Origin: an uncultured Actinomycetes bacterium | GTDB lineage: Bacteria > Actinomycetota > Acidimicrobiia > IMCC26256 > PALSA-610 | Direction: 5' to 3' | NCBI GenBank assembly: GCA_963781425.1 | Contig: CAWAGX010000020.1 | Span: 474,387 to 538,386, forward strand | Length of the DNA stretch: 64,000 nucleotides | Part shown: positions 19,348 to 29,939 of the stretch, piece by piece | How positions within the stretch are numbered: position 1 is the stretch's first letter | Layout of the letters: every line of letters begins with the position of its first letter | Program-made: the position numbers and the translations under genes | Notes under the pieces: model-generated | Database searches by the model: none | The model's input: the letters and a program-made list of their open reading frames with translations, nothing else | Told to the model about the DNA's origin: nothing

Positions 19348-20094
19348 ATGGCTACCGCACTCGTCACCGGTGCGTCGAGCGGGATCGGGCTCGAGATCGC
19401 ACACGTTCTCGCCGCCGACCACGAGGTCGTCCTGGCCGCGCGGTCTGCCGACAAGCTCGGGGCCCTCGCCGCCGAGCTCGACTCGGCGCGCGTCATCGCG
19501 GTGGATCTCGCTGATCCCTCCGGCACACGAAAGCTCGTGTCGGAGCTCGCGGACGTCGACGTGCTGGTGAACAACGCGGGGTTCGGCGACTGGGGACTCT
19601 TCACCGACACGCCGGAGACCAAGCTCGAGGAGATGATGGAGCTGAACGTCGGCACGCTCACCCGCCTCACGCGCGCGTATCTCCCCGGGATGCTCGCGCG
19701 CGGTGCGGGTCGCGTGATGAACATCGCCTCGACGGCCGCGTTTCTCCCGGGCCCGCTCATGGCCGTGTATTACGCGACGAAGGCGTACGTGCTCTCGTTC
19801 AGCGAAGCGCTGGCCGAAGAGACTCGGGGTACCGGCGTGACCGTGACCGCCCTGTGTCCGGGACCGACCGCGAGCGGGTTCCAGGCCGGCGCGGCAATGG
19901 AAGACAGCCGGCTCGTGAAGGACCGCAAGCTGCAGAGCCGCGGCCGCCGTCGCGGCGTTCGGCGTGAAAGCGATGCAACGGGGCGATGTCGTCGCGGTAC
20001 CGGGCCTGGGAAACAAGCTGATGGCCGCGTCGATCCGCGTCTCCCCCGGCCGGTCGTGCGCCGCATGGTGCACCGCATGCAAGCCGCGAAATAA
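19348..20094 (+). CDS. SDR family oxidoreductase; two compensating frame changes (~19932 and C5 run 20043-20047)
   Basis: TGASSGIG, NNAG and YYATKAY (YxxxK). Tail AAAVAAFGVKAMQRGDVVAVPGLGNKLMAASIRVSP is in ORF 19964..20290, then returns to RPVVRRMVHRMQAAK*. Confidence 0.8.
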   Translation: MATALVTGASSGIGLEIAHVLAADHEVVLAARSADKLGALAAELDSARVIAVDLADPSGTRKLVSELADVDVLVNNAGFGDWGLFTDTPETKLEEMMELNVGTLTRLTRAYLPGMLARGAGRVMNIASTAAFLPGPLMAVYYATKAYVLSFSEALAEETRGTGVTVTALCPGPTASGFQAGAAMEDSRLVKDRKLQSRGRRRGVRRESDATGRCRRGTGPGKQADGRVDPRLPRPVVRRMVHRMQAAK

Positions 20095-20100
20095 ACGACG

Positions 20101-20778
20101 TCAGCCGACCGACGCGCGAAGCGCTTCGACGATCCACGTCTCGAGGTCGAGCCCCGCGTCGTGCGCGACCTCGCGGGCGCGGTGCTCGAGCGCGCGCGGG
20201 AGGCGAAGCGAGAGCCCGGCCGCGGGTGCGAGCGATGCCGGGTGCCGGCCGACCGGATCACTGCCTTCCAGACGGGGTCGAGGCACGTAGCGACCTTCGC
20301 GGGCGGACCGCTGCCGCGAGGCGAAGTGGGCCTCGGAGCTCGTAGCGTAGGTCGAGCCCCGCCCGACGTACACGCTCCGCACGATGTCGTCGACGACCCA
20401 GAGCAGCGGTGCGTATCCCTCGCCGGCCTCCAACTGCGTGAGCAGCTCACGCGCGCTCGTGGCAATGCGATCAGCCTCGGTGACGATGACGATCGGCAGG
20501 CCCGGACGGCGATGCTCTCGCACGACGCGTTCGAGGGAGGCGAGGCACGTCGCGCAGTCACAGAGATAGGCGCCGTACCGGAGCCGGTCGTCGGGCCGCG
20601 CGCATGCGAGCCAGCGCTCGTGCGCCTGCGGCTCGGGCGTGATCGACGGCGGGAGCTCGTCCGGAAGGGCATCGAGGAGGGTCGGAATCTCCGAGGACGG
20701 CGCGACGCGGTCGTCGTAGACAGCGGGCGGCGCGACGAGCCACAGGTGCCGGGTGCTGCGATCGGTGGTTGCGGTCAC
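20101..20778 (-). CDS. hypothetical protein with C-terminal ribbon-helix-helix-like tail
   Basis: AAGGAG lies 5 nt before GTG 20778. The C-terminus LSLRLPRALEHRAREVAHDAGLDLETWIVEALRASVG resembles RHH/HicB-type tails. The N-domain is unassigned. Confidence 0.5.
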   Translation of the reverse strand: MTATTDRSTRHLWLVAPPAVYDDRVAPSSEIPTLLDALPDELPPSITPEPQAHERWLACARPDDRLRYGAYLCDCATCLASLERVVREHRRPGLPIVIVTEADRIATSARELLTQLEAGEGYAPLLWVVDDIVRSVYVGRGSTYATSSEAHFASRQRSAREGRYVPRPRLEGSDPVGRHPASLAPAAGLSLRLPRALEHRAREVAHDAGLDLETWIVEALRASVG

Positions 20779-20834
20779 GGTGTCTCCTTGGCGAATCCCT
20801 GCGGCGATTCTGGCGGGGAGGTGTGACAGCAACG

Positions 20835-22433
20835 TCAGAGGGACGGCAGCTCCTGACGGGTGGTGAGCACATCCGCGAACAGGTCCCCCACCTCGAGCAG
20901 GCGGGCGCCGGCGTCGGCGATCGTCCACCGGTCGCTGCGGAGCTCCGGGTCGTCGAGCTCGTCCCACCGATCGGCATCGACACCGGGGCCCCGGCGGCTG
21001 GGCGCGCCGAGTACGGGGCCACCAGCGTCTTGTTGATCGCGTTCTGCGTGTAGTCGAGCCGGGCGAGACCGCCGCGCTGACGCTTCTCCCACTTCCAACT
21101 CACGAGGTGCGGCACGGTCTCGCCGACGGCGCGGGACAAGGCTTCGACCCACACGCGGGCGTCTTCGAAGCTCGGTCCGGGTTCGATCGGCACCCAGATC
21201 TGGATGCCGCGTTGGCCGGTCACCTTCGGGAAGCCGCGCACGTGCACGTGGTCGAGTGCCGCGCGGTACAGGCCGGCGAGCAGCACGACCTCGTCCCACG
21301 ACGTCTTGTCGCCGGGATCGATGTCGATCATCGCGTCCGTGGGGTGACGCACGTCGGGGATCCGCGACGTCCAGGCGTGCAGCTCGACCGCGCCGAAGTT
21401 CGCCAGCCACGCCAGCGTCGCGGGCCGGTCGGCGACGATGTAGTACTGGGATTCGTCCTCGTCGGCGGCGTCGTTGCGCCACCGGGTGATCCACTCCGGT
21501 GCGTGCGAGGGCGCCTCCTTGTGCCAGAACCCGGGCTTGTCGGCGCCGTTCGGGTAACGGTGCATGTTCAGGGGTCGCGCTTGGAGGTACGGCAGCACCA
21601 CCGGTGCCATCGTGGCGTAGTAGCGAATCAGGTCGCGCTTGGTGAGTCCCTTCTTGCGCTTCGCACGCGGCGGGAACAGCACCTTGTCGAGGTTGGTCAG
21701 GCGCAGCGTCACCCCGTCGAAATCCCACTCACCGCCCTTGCCGAGCGCGTCCAGCGCCGCGATGTCCGCTCGCGTCGATGAGAAGTCGATGCCGGCCACC
21801 GCCGCGGGCGCATCGCTTCGCCATGTCGCATCGGGATGCTCGGCGACCTCGTCGTTCGTGCGACCGCTGCGCACCGATTGCAAATGTTGTTCGGCATCCC
21901 ATCCGGTGACGGCGTGCTCGTCGCGCTTGTGGAAGACCAGCCACTGTTCCTTGCCGTTGCGATCGTTGCCGCGCCGGATCAACACGAAGCGGCCGCGAAG
22001 CTTCTCTCCGTGCATCTCGACGTGGAGCTCGCCGTCCGCGATCGCCTTCGCCGGATCGTCGGTGTGCAGCGGTTCGTAGGTGCCCCAGTCCCACACGATG
22101 ACGTCGCCGCCGCCGTACTCGCCCTTCGGGATGACGCCTTCGAAATCGAAGTACTCGATCGGGTGGTCCTCGACGTGCACACCGAGCCGTTTGACGGCCG
22201 GGTCGAGCGACGGACCCTTCGGGATCGCCCAGCTCGCGAGCACGCCATCGACCTCCAACCGGAAGTCGTAGTGCAACCGGCGGGCTCGATGCCGTTGCAC
22301 GACGAAGCGGGGTTGCGCGCCGACGCGCCGGTCCCCCACCGCCCGCCGGTTCGGGCGTGCGGGCGAAATCGCGTTTGGCCGCGTACTCGGCGAGCGGCGC
22401 CGGCTTCTTTGCCGCGGTCTTCTTCGTCGCCAT
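20835..22433 (-). CDS. ligD: LigD-type 3'-phosphoesterase + primase-polymerase protein (no ligase domain); two frame changes (C5 run 22333-22337, ~20970)
   Basis: PE domain: PRFVVQRHRARRLHYDFRLE..WAIPKGPS. Pol domain: LTNLDKVLFP..LNMHRYPNG..VELHAW..DIDPGD..FPKVTGQRGIQIWVPI. The N-terminus MATKKTAAKKPAPLAEYAAKRDF and the C-terminus WDELDDPELRS..TTRQELPSL* lie in other frames. Confidence 0.85.
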
Positions 22434-22444
22434 GCAGGAGCGGT

Positions 22445-24433
22445 CTACCCGCTGACGTTGTCCCGACACTCGCCGAGGAAGGCGCACGTCTCGTCGAGCG
22501 AGATGCTGCGCCGGAACGGCGGGAGCGCCGCGAGCAGCGCGGTCCGGTAGTCGCGGGTCGCGAGCCGGGGGTCCAGCACCGCGACCACCCCCCGGTCGGT
22601 GTTCCGGCGCAGCAGGCGCCCGACGCCTTGCGCGAGCACGAGGGCGGCGACCGGGAGGTCGACCGCCACAAAGGGATTCGTCCCTTCCTGTTCGGCCCGC
22701 GTGCGGCGCGCGGCGTGCAGAGGCTCGTCCGGTGCGGGGAACGGCAGCTTGTCGATGATGACGAGCACGCACGAGACGCCCGGCGCGTCGATGCCGGCCC
22801 AGAACGAGCGCGTGCCGACGAGCACCGACGTCTCGTCGTCGATGAACGACCGCGTCAGACGGCCCGCATCGGCATCGCCTTGGGTGAGGATGTTGTGACT
22901 CGTCTTCGTCTGGAGCGATTCGGAGAACCGTTTGACGTTGGCATGCGAGGTGCAGAGCACGAGCGCGCGGCCGCCGGCCGCGTCGACGAGTCGGCAGACG
23001 CGCTCGCACGCCAGGTCGACCCACGAGTCGCTCCCTCGCCGCGGTTCAGGCAGGTCGCGCGCGACGTAGAGCACGCCCTGCGCCCGCCAATCGAACGACG
23101 ACGCGGTCTCCCGCGCGACATAGCCGCGACCCGATCCACTGCACCGGTCACCTTCACCGTCGCGTCGCCCACGCACCGGGAGCCGCGTCGGGATCGAAGC
23201 CGATCTGCCGGGCGACCTGGGTGAACGGCACGCCGCCGCCGAGCGTCGCCGACACGGCAATCACCGGTCGCTCGTCGAGCAGCAGGCGGCCGAGCGCCGG
23301 ACCCGCGGCGATGGGAGCCACTCGCAGGCGACGCCCGCGACCGATCTTCTCCGCCCAGACGACGTCGTCGTCGGCAGGCGCCGCGAGCCGGCGCAGCACG
23401 GTGAGACGGTGGTGCGCGAGCCGCGACACGCGCTTCGCGTAGTCACCACGATCACGGTCGATCTTCCCACTCGCGGTCGCGAGGCTCTCGGCCGCAGCCG
23501 CGAGCGCGTCGACCAGCCGGGCGTCGGCGCCGACGTCGATCATGCCGTCGCATTCGTCGACCACGCTCCCGAGCGCGTTCGATATGCGCGAAACGCGTCG
23601 ATCGAATCCTTGTCGACACCTGTCTTGCCGAGCATGCTCGCCAACCGGCTGAGCCCGTCGGCGCCGAGATCGGCGGCGAACGCGTTCGTTGCACTGTCGG
23701 CGAACGAGTGCGCCTCGTCGAGAATCACGAGGTCGTGCTCGGGCAAGACCGTGCTCCCTGCGGAGAGATGCGCGCAGTAGAGCGCATGGTTGACGACGAG
23801 CACCGAGACATGGCGCGCCGCTTCCTTCGCACGTTCCGCGAAGCACGCGTCGCCGTCGGCGCACTCGCCCGCACCGGGACACTCGGTGCTCGTGCAGCTC
23901 ACGGCGGCCCACGACGGGTTCGGGATCGCCTCCGGCAGCACCGCTCGGTCCCCCGTGTCCGACCCCTCGGTGAACTCGCGGAGCGTCGAGAGGTGTTTCG
24001 CGAAGCTCGCGCCGACCGGTTGCTCGAACAACGCGTCCGGCGCGGCCGCGGCGCGCAGCTTGGCGCGACAGACATAGTTCGAACGGCCCTTCAAGAGCGC
24101 GAACGTGAACGGCACCGGCGAACAGCGGTGGAGCGTCGGAAGGTCCTTGTCGATGAGCTGGCTCTGGAGCGCGATCGTCGAGGTCGCGACCACCACCTTC
24201 AGTCCGGACGCGATCGCCGGCACGAGATACGCGAGGCTCTTGCCGGAGCCGGTCGGCGCCTCGGCGAGAAGGTGATGTCCGGCGCGAATCGCGTCGGCTA
24301 CCGCACTCGTCAGCTCCCGTTGCCCCGCGCGCTGCTCTCCACCGAGCGCCGCGACCGTCGCGTCGAGAATGTCGAGCGGATCCGCCGCCCATTCGTCATG
24401 CGAGATCGCGTCGACAACCACGGGCTCCGCCAC
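22445..24433 (-). CDS. dinG: DinG/XPD-like Fe-S ATP-dependent DNA helicase; two frame changes (~23590, ~23170)
   Basis: Walker A AEAPTGSGKSLAYL, a 4-Cys cluster SCTSTECPGAGECADGDAC, and DEAH box LVILDEAHSF. The C-terminal helicase domain (TRSFWAGID..IIDKLPFP) is in ORF 22445..23260. Confidence 0.85.
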
Positions 24434-24469
24434 CCACCCAGCATGCCCGACACGAGCGCCGGATCGCGG

Positions 24470-24947
24470 CTACAAGCCGCCCTCCGCGGCAACTTTGAGG
24501 CGTTGCAGCGTCAGGCCCATGGCGGCCTCGAGGTCTGCTTTGCGGTCCTTGACACCCATGAGCCAACGCTCGCTCGCGAGGAAGTACCACGGGACGTCTT
24601 CGAGCATCTCGAACGACTCGGTCACGGCCGTCCCGTCACCGTCAGGCTCGAATCGGTAGCTCCACTTGGTCATGTCCTTGCCACGATGAGCGATGACGAA
24701 CGCGAATTCGCGGCCGTCGTCGGCCACGACAACTCTGGGCTTCGTCGACCAGCGGGCGGGCCCGTGTCGGTTCGTGCCCTTGAATCGCGCGCCGACGGCA
24801 GGACCGGTCGCTCCGTCGATCCACTCCGCGCGGCTGCGTCTCGGGGCTCCATTCGCCCATGCGCTGCACGTCCGAGACCAGCTCGTACAGCTTCTGCGGC
24901 GGCGCGTCCACGTGCGTGGTCGCGTGTCCCTTCGTGCCTGCCTTCAT
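24470..24947 (-). CDS. SRPBCC (polyketide cyclase/dehydrase-like) family protein; one frame change (~24845)
   Basis: MKAGTKGHATTHVDAPPQKLYELVSDVQRMGEWSPE (ORF 24642..24947) joins ..DDGREFAFVIAHRGKDMTKWSYRFEPDGDGTAVTESF (ORF 24470..24727). Confidence 0.65.
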
Positions 24948-24996
24948 GACCGCGGCCTCTCTCGAGATGTCCTGTACGTCGGAGCTTCCTAGGCTA

Positions 24997-26024
24997 TTGA
25001 CTGTGCCGCCCCGCGTCCCGGTCCTCGACCTCGCGCCCTTCCGCGCCGACGAAGGCTCCCACGCCGCATGCGTGTTCGTCGAAGACCTGCGGGCGGTCTG
25101 TCACGAGCACGGCTTCTTCTCGCTGGTGGGCCACGGTGTCGCCCCCGCGACCAACGAACGCGTGCAGGCACTCGCTCGCCGCTTCTTCGCGTTGCCCGAG
25201 CGGGAGCGACTCGCCATCGCGAACATCCACTCGCCGCAGTTCCGGGGATACACGCCCGTCGGGCACGAACACACCCAGGGGCATCCCGACCGCCGCGATC
25301 AGCTCGACATCGGACACGAGCTACCGCTGGTCCCTCTCGCCCCGGGCGATCCCGCGTGGCTGAGGCTGCGCGGTCCGAACCTGTGGCCCGCCGCGCTGCC
25401 CGAGCTCCGACCGGCGGTCGAAACCTGGATCGACGCGATGGAACGCCTCGGGCACACGCTCTGCCGCGGCTCGCGGTCGCGCTCGGCCAGCCCGCCGATC
25501 GTTTCGACGCGTACGTCGCGCCCAGGCCCGAAGCGCTCGTGAAAGTGATTCGCTATCCGGCCGCGGAGACGACACAGGACCGGCAAGGTGTCGGCGAACA
25601 CCGCGACACCGGGCTGGTCACGTTCGTGTTGCAAGACGACGCCGGCGGGCTCCAAGTGCAGCTCGCCGAGGGTTGGGTCGACATTCCCGAGGTGCCGGAC
25701 GCGTTCGTCGTGAACCTCGGCGAGATGATGCAGCTCCTGACCAGTGGCTACTTTGCCGCCACCGTGCATCGGGTGGTGAGCCCGCCCGCGGGCACGGAGC
25801 GCGTCTCGATCGCGTACTTCTTCAATCCGAAGTTGGAAGCGACACTGCAACCGCTCGAGCTCCCGCCGTCGCTCGCTGTGCATGCGCCCGGTTCGGAGAG
25901 CGCCGATCCGAGCAACCCGATCCTGGCGAACTACGGCGAGAACTCGCTCAAGGTACGGCTCCGTGCCCATCCCGACGTCGCGCGCCGTCACCACCGCGAC
26001 CTTCTCGCCGAAAGCGAACCCTAA
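24997..26024 (+). CDS. 2-oxoglutarate/Fe(II)-dependent oxygenase (isopenicillin-N-synthase family); one frame change (~25463)
   Basis: PVLDLAPF..HGFFSLVGHGV in ORF 24859..25542. LVKVIRYP..GVGEHRDTG..NLGEMMQLLTSGYF.ATVHRV in ORF 25068..26024. TTG start at 24997. Confidence 0.8.
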
Positions 26025-26027
26025 GCC

Positions 26028-26094
26028 CCCGTTTGGTCGGGGACTGTTCGTTTACGGCCACTGGCCGACCAAACGGTCTCACGCCGGGAGACGT
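26028..26094. repeat. short intergenic element, copy A (second copy at 52963..53023)
   Basis: CCCGTTTGGTCGG...TCGTTTACGGCCACT..CCGACCAAACGGT...GAGACGT. 12-bp terminal inverted repeats CCGTTTGGTCGG/CCGACCAAACGG. Overlaps the last codons of the amidase. Confidence 0.7.
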
Positions 26095-27612
26095 ACTCCC
26101 GCGGCGGGCGGCGCGATCTTCGGCCATGGGAGCGCGTGCTCGGCGGCGAGCGCGACGTCGAACAGCAGCTCGTCGGCGTGGTGCCGGGCCAGCACCTGCA
26201 TCCCGACGGGGAGACCGTCGACCAACCCACCGGGGATCGAGACCGCGGGGTTGCCGTAGATGTTGGAGATGATCGTCAGCGCGCCCATGCGCACGAGATC
26301 GGGGAACCGCGCGGCTCCGATATCGAGGATCGCCGACGGCAACTTCGGAAACACGCCGCCCGCGACGCGGACTCCGGCCATGATCGCCCGGAAGCCGCGG
26401 CCGCGCGACCTTGCTCGAACCGGCCCATTCGACGAAGCCGCCCGACGACGAGCTCATCGGCGAGTCGGCCGCGAAGGCCGGGCCGGGATTCGTCGCCGCG
26501 ATGATGAAATCGACATCTTCGAACGCGTTCGCCATCGCTTCGTAGGCGCGCACGCGCTGCGCTTCGGCCACCGACGCCGTGTACAGGTTGTACATCGATT
26601 GCGAGAGCAGCAGCCCGGTTGCCACCTCATCGGTGAGCTCGTCCGCGCGCCCGGGCCACGCATCACCGAGCTCGGCGAGCAATGTCGCAAGGTTGCCCAT
26701 CATCCATTGCGCGGCAAGGTTCGGCAGCTCGAGTCGAAGATCGACTTGGATCATGCCCGCGGCCGCGATCAACGCGGCCGCCGACTCGTGCAACTGCGCC
26801 TCGACGCCCGGCTCGAGCGTGACGCCCGCGAGTGCGGGAATCACTGCGACCTTGCGGCCGGCCAGGTCGCGTGTGCCGAGCCCGCCCTCCCAGCCGCCGG
26901 TCGCGGGCAGGCTCGTCGGATCGTGCACGTCGAAGCCCGCGGACACGTCGAAGTAGCGCGCCGCGTCACGCGCCGATCGAGCGAGACATCCGACCACCAC
27001 CGTGCCCGGCCGGAAGAACACGTTCGGGCCGCGAGGAATGCGGCCGTAGGTACCCTTCATGCCGACCAGCCCGGTATAGCCGGCGGGAATCCGAATCGAT
27101 CCCCCACCGTCGCCTCCGGTCGCGATCGTCACGAGACCACCGGCAACGGCGGACGCGCTGCCGCCGGACGAGCCGCCGGCGGTGCGACCATGCCGCCATG
27201 GATTGTGCGTCACGCCGTTGAGCTTCGAGACGCTGACGTTGAGGCCGCCGAACTCGCTCGCGGCCGTCAGCCCGACGGGGATCGCACCGCCCGCATCGAG
27301 CAACCGCGTGACCATCGTGCTCGTGTGGCCCGAGATCCGGTCCTTGAAGATCAGCGACGCCTCGGTCGCCGGCCAGCCTGCGACGAAGTCGAGCTCCTTG
27401 ACGCCGACCGGCACACCGCCGAACGGCTTGCTGACATCCGCATGCGCCACGGCGTCCATCGCCCGGTCGGCATCGAGGAAGGTGAACGCGTTGAGATCGC
27501 TGCGCTCGATCGCAGCCAAGCTCGCCTCGAGCTCTTCATGCGGTGATCGCTCACCGCGGCGATAGGCATCGACGAGTCCGCACGCGTCGCCTTCCCAGGG
27601 CTGATCCGTCAT
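26079..27612 (-). CDS. amidase (amidase-signature family); one frame change (~26405)
   Basis: GGSSGGSASAVA..GGDGGGSIRIPA signature. The C-terminal 100 aa are in ORF 26079..26381. ATG 27612 overlaps the stop of the upstream hydrolase (ATGA). Confidence 0.85.
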
Positions 27613-29876
27613 CAGAAGGGCACGCCCAGGCACGGTCCGCCGTTGCACACGTCGGTCACCGCGCCGCGCCAGAAGCCGTCCTTGAGATCCTGGACGGCGG
27701 GCTGGCGCGGTGTGTCGTCATGGGGATCGTGGCCGTCGCGGGGCGGTGCATTCACGATCGGCGACAAGGGTGAGCCGGTATCCCACAAGAAGTAGGCCGA
27801 GCCGGTGAACGGGTAGTGCCCGATCGTCGGTATCCCCCAAGCCGGCCGCACGTCGTGGGTTCTTCCCGGCGCGACGAACGGCCGGTGCACGCGTGCACCG
27901 ATCGTGCGCGCCTCGATCTCCAGGCTGACTTGCGCGACCTGGTGGTCACCGACCGCGCCGAGCAGCAGGATCGTGTGCGCCGGCGTGCCCGGGTACGGGT
28001 CGCGCGTCAAGTGTTGGGCATAGCCGTTGGTCTCGGCCCGGTCCCACAGCATCTGGGTGAGGCCGCCGGTCACGAGGCGGTCGTATTCGTCGGGATACGC
28101 AGGCGCGAAGATCGCTTTGAAATCGTCGAAGTCGACGCTGCGCTGCAGGAGCAGCGAGTAGTTCATGCCGGCCTCGCCGAGCACCGATCGGGTGAAGTCC
28201 TGCGCGACGGCCGTGAGCGCACCACCGAAGATCGCGCCTTCGCTGTTGCCGTCGTAGAACAGCTCCGAGGTGTCGACGAGCGGTTGCGTGCCGAGGCGGA
28301 ACGCCGGGTTGGCGACGAACCCGTTCCGGTGGATCATCAGCCGGCCGAGGAACAGGAAGTTCAAGAAGCCCTGCTGCGAGCGATCGGCAAGGGTCGGGAA
28401 CTTCGAGGTGTCCTGCAGGATCGCGACGGCGTTGGCGACGTCGTCCTCCGCCAGGCCGATGAAGTTGGATCCGCAATAGGCGGTGTTGTGACGCACCGCC
28501 ATGTCGAGGACGATCGACGAATTCACCTCGTCGAAGCTGCCGAGCAGCCCGTGCCCGTACAGCGAGAGCCGCGCCGGGGCACCGGTGGCCGACGGCGGGA
28601 TCACGCACTGGTAGTGCGCGGTGTAGTTGTGAGGCTGCCGCTTGGGCAGGCCGTCGGCGCCGTACACGAAGCGCGAGCCCGACACGCCGTCGTGGTCGAG
28701 ATACAGCGGCACCTGGAAGGTGCCGGTGATGCGCCGGTACACCCGGGACGAGAGATCTTGCTCAACCGTGTCGATTGTGAAGGGGGGCACGCCGGCGCCG
28801 AGCGCATGGAACGCGTCGTCGCGGATGTGCAGCATCCGTCCGGCGAGACCCTGTGCACTCGCGATCGTGAAGTCCCACGCGAGACCGAGGTCGTGGCGGC
28901 CGACGTCGGCCCGTCGGAGCGCGGCGAACACGCGCTCCATCGCGGGCCGCCTGCGCTCGACGACAGGGCTGAACGTCTTGATGCCGTCGCGGTAGATCTC
29001 GAAGGCACGACTCGGGGCAATCGGGTGGCCGAGCGCGTCCTTCAGGTTGCGTAGTCCGATCACGTAACGGTGACCTTCGAGGAAGTTGACCGCGGGCCGG
29101 ATGATCATCGTCCTCGACGCGTCATCGGGCGCTTCGACATCCATCTCGGCGAAGTACGGCCAGCGGCGCCCGGACTCGGCGTCGACGATCACGATCGGCG
29201 CGTCACGACGAAGGGAGCGCGCCACATCGGTGATCGGTGCCGCACCTGTCCGGGCGAGGTCGATCCCCGGGAACGAGAGCATGATCGGTTCGCCCGGACT
29301 GAAGCCGTCGTTGCGGTTCCACTCCGTCGGGTCGACGTGGACGCCGTGCACGTTGGCCGGCAGCGAACGCGCGTCGAGGTGGATGCGGCGACCGGTCGGG
29401 CTCGTCCGGTCGGCAACGGTATAGAAGTCACTCGGGAACGGCAGCAGGCAGCGATTGGGCATCAAGAAGTCGCAGCGCGCGCTCGCGGTGAGATCGAGAT
29501 TCGGCTCGACGTCGAATTTCGTGGTCGCGCGCGCATGGCCCGCCCGTACCGACAGCTGGGTGATCCCGTTGCCAAGTTCTTGCACGCCGAGCTCTGCGGT
29601 CGCGCGCGTCACTCCGTTCGTGGTCGTGAACGCAAAGCGGTCGGAGATGTCGCGGCGCCGATGGTGGTGATGTGACGCGCGGCGATCGACGGTCACGTGC
29701 AGGCGATCGGGATCGACGCCGTGGAGCGCGAGCTCGACGTGCACGGTCGCGACGCCGGGCCCGACGAGCGTTCCCGGCACCGGCGCGATGACGACGATGT
29801 CGCGGTGTGTACGACCGGGCGTCGCCGCCGCGACACCACTCGTCACCAACGCGAGCGAGACCGAGCGCGAGACCAC
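27612..29876 (-). CDS. large secreted protein, alpha/beta-hydrolase-like (GNSEG nucleophile-elbow candidate), function unknown
   Basis: Intact frame within ORF 27612..30233. GTG 29876 gives VVSRSVSLALVTSGVAAATPG (signal-like). Also YGHGLLG and YDGNSEGAIFGG. No family name assigned. Confidence 0.6.
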   Translation of the reverse strand: MVSRSVSLALVTSGVAAATPGRTHRDIVVIAPVPGTLVGPGVATVHVELALHGVDPDRLHVTVDRRASHHHHRRRDISDRFAFTTTNGVTRATAELGVQELGNGITQLSVRAGHARATTKFDVEPNLDLTASARCDFLMPNRCLLPFPSDFYTVADRTSPTGRRIHLDARSLPANVHGVHVDPTEWNRNDGFSPGEPIMLSFPGIDLARTGAAPITDVARSLRRDAPIVIVDAESGRRWPYFAEMDVEAPDDASRTMIIRPAVNFLEGHRYVIGLRNLKDALGHPIAPSRAFEIYRDGIKTFSPVVERRRPAMERVFAALRRADVGRHDLGLAWDFTIASAQGLAGRMLHIRDDAFHALGAGVPPFTIDTVEQDLSSRVYRRITGTFQVPLYLDHDGVSGSRFVYGADGLPKRQPHNYTAHYQCVIPPSATGAPARLSLYGHGLLGSFDEVNSSIVLDMAVRHNTAYCGSNFIGLAEDDVANAVAILQDTSKFPTLADRSQQGFLNFLFLGRLMIHRNGFVANPAFRLGTQPLVDTSELFYDGNSEGAIFGGALTAVAQDFTRSVLGEAGMNYSLLLQRSVDFDDFKAIFAPAYPDEYDRLVTGGLTQMLWDRAETNGYAQHLTRDPYPGTPAHTILLLGAVGDHQVAQVSLEIEARTIGARVHRPFVAPGRTHDVRPAWGIPTIGHYPFTGSAYFLWDTGSPLSPIVNAPPRDGHDPHDDTPRQPAVQDLKDGFWRGAVTDVCNGGPCLGVPF

Positions 29877-29939
29877 GGAATGCCGGCATCCGCCCACGTT
29901 GTCAGCGTGGCGGAACGAAGGCAAGCTGACGTCGTGCGG

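Noticed and set aside
22434-24480. A LexA/SOS box (TCGAAC-n4-GTTCGA) upstream of the dinG-ligD repair genes.
   Set aside because: I looked for the dyad around the helicase and LigD starts and found only isolated TCGAAC or TTCGAA hexamers without a partner at the right spacing.
29660-29675. A His run (..RRASHHHHRRRD..) near the N-terminus of the 755-aa hydrolase-like protein, considered as a cloning tag or vector contamination.
   Set aside because: It is only four His residues, embedded in native-looking GC-rich coding sequence with no linker or vector-like flanks. It is most simply a natural low-complexity patch.
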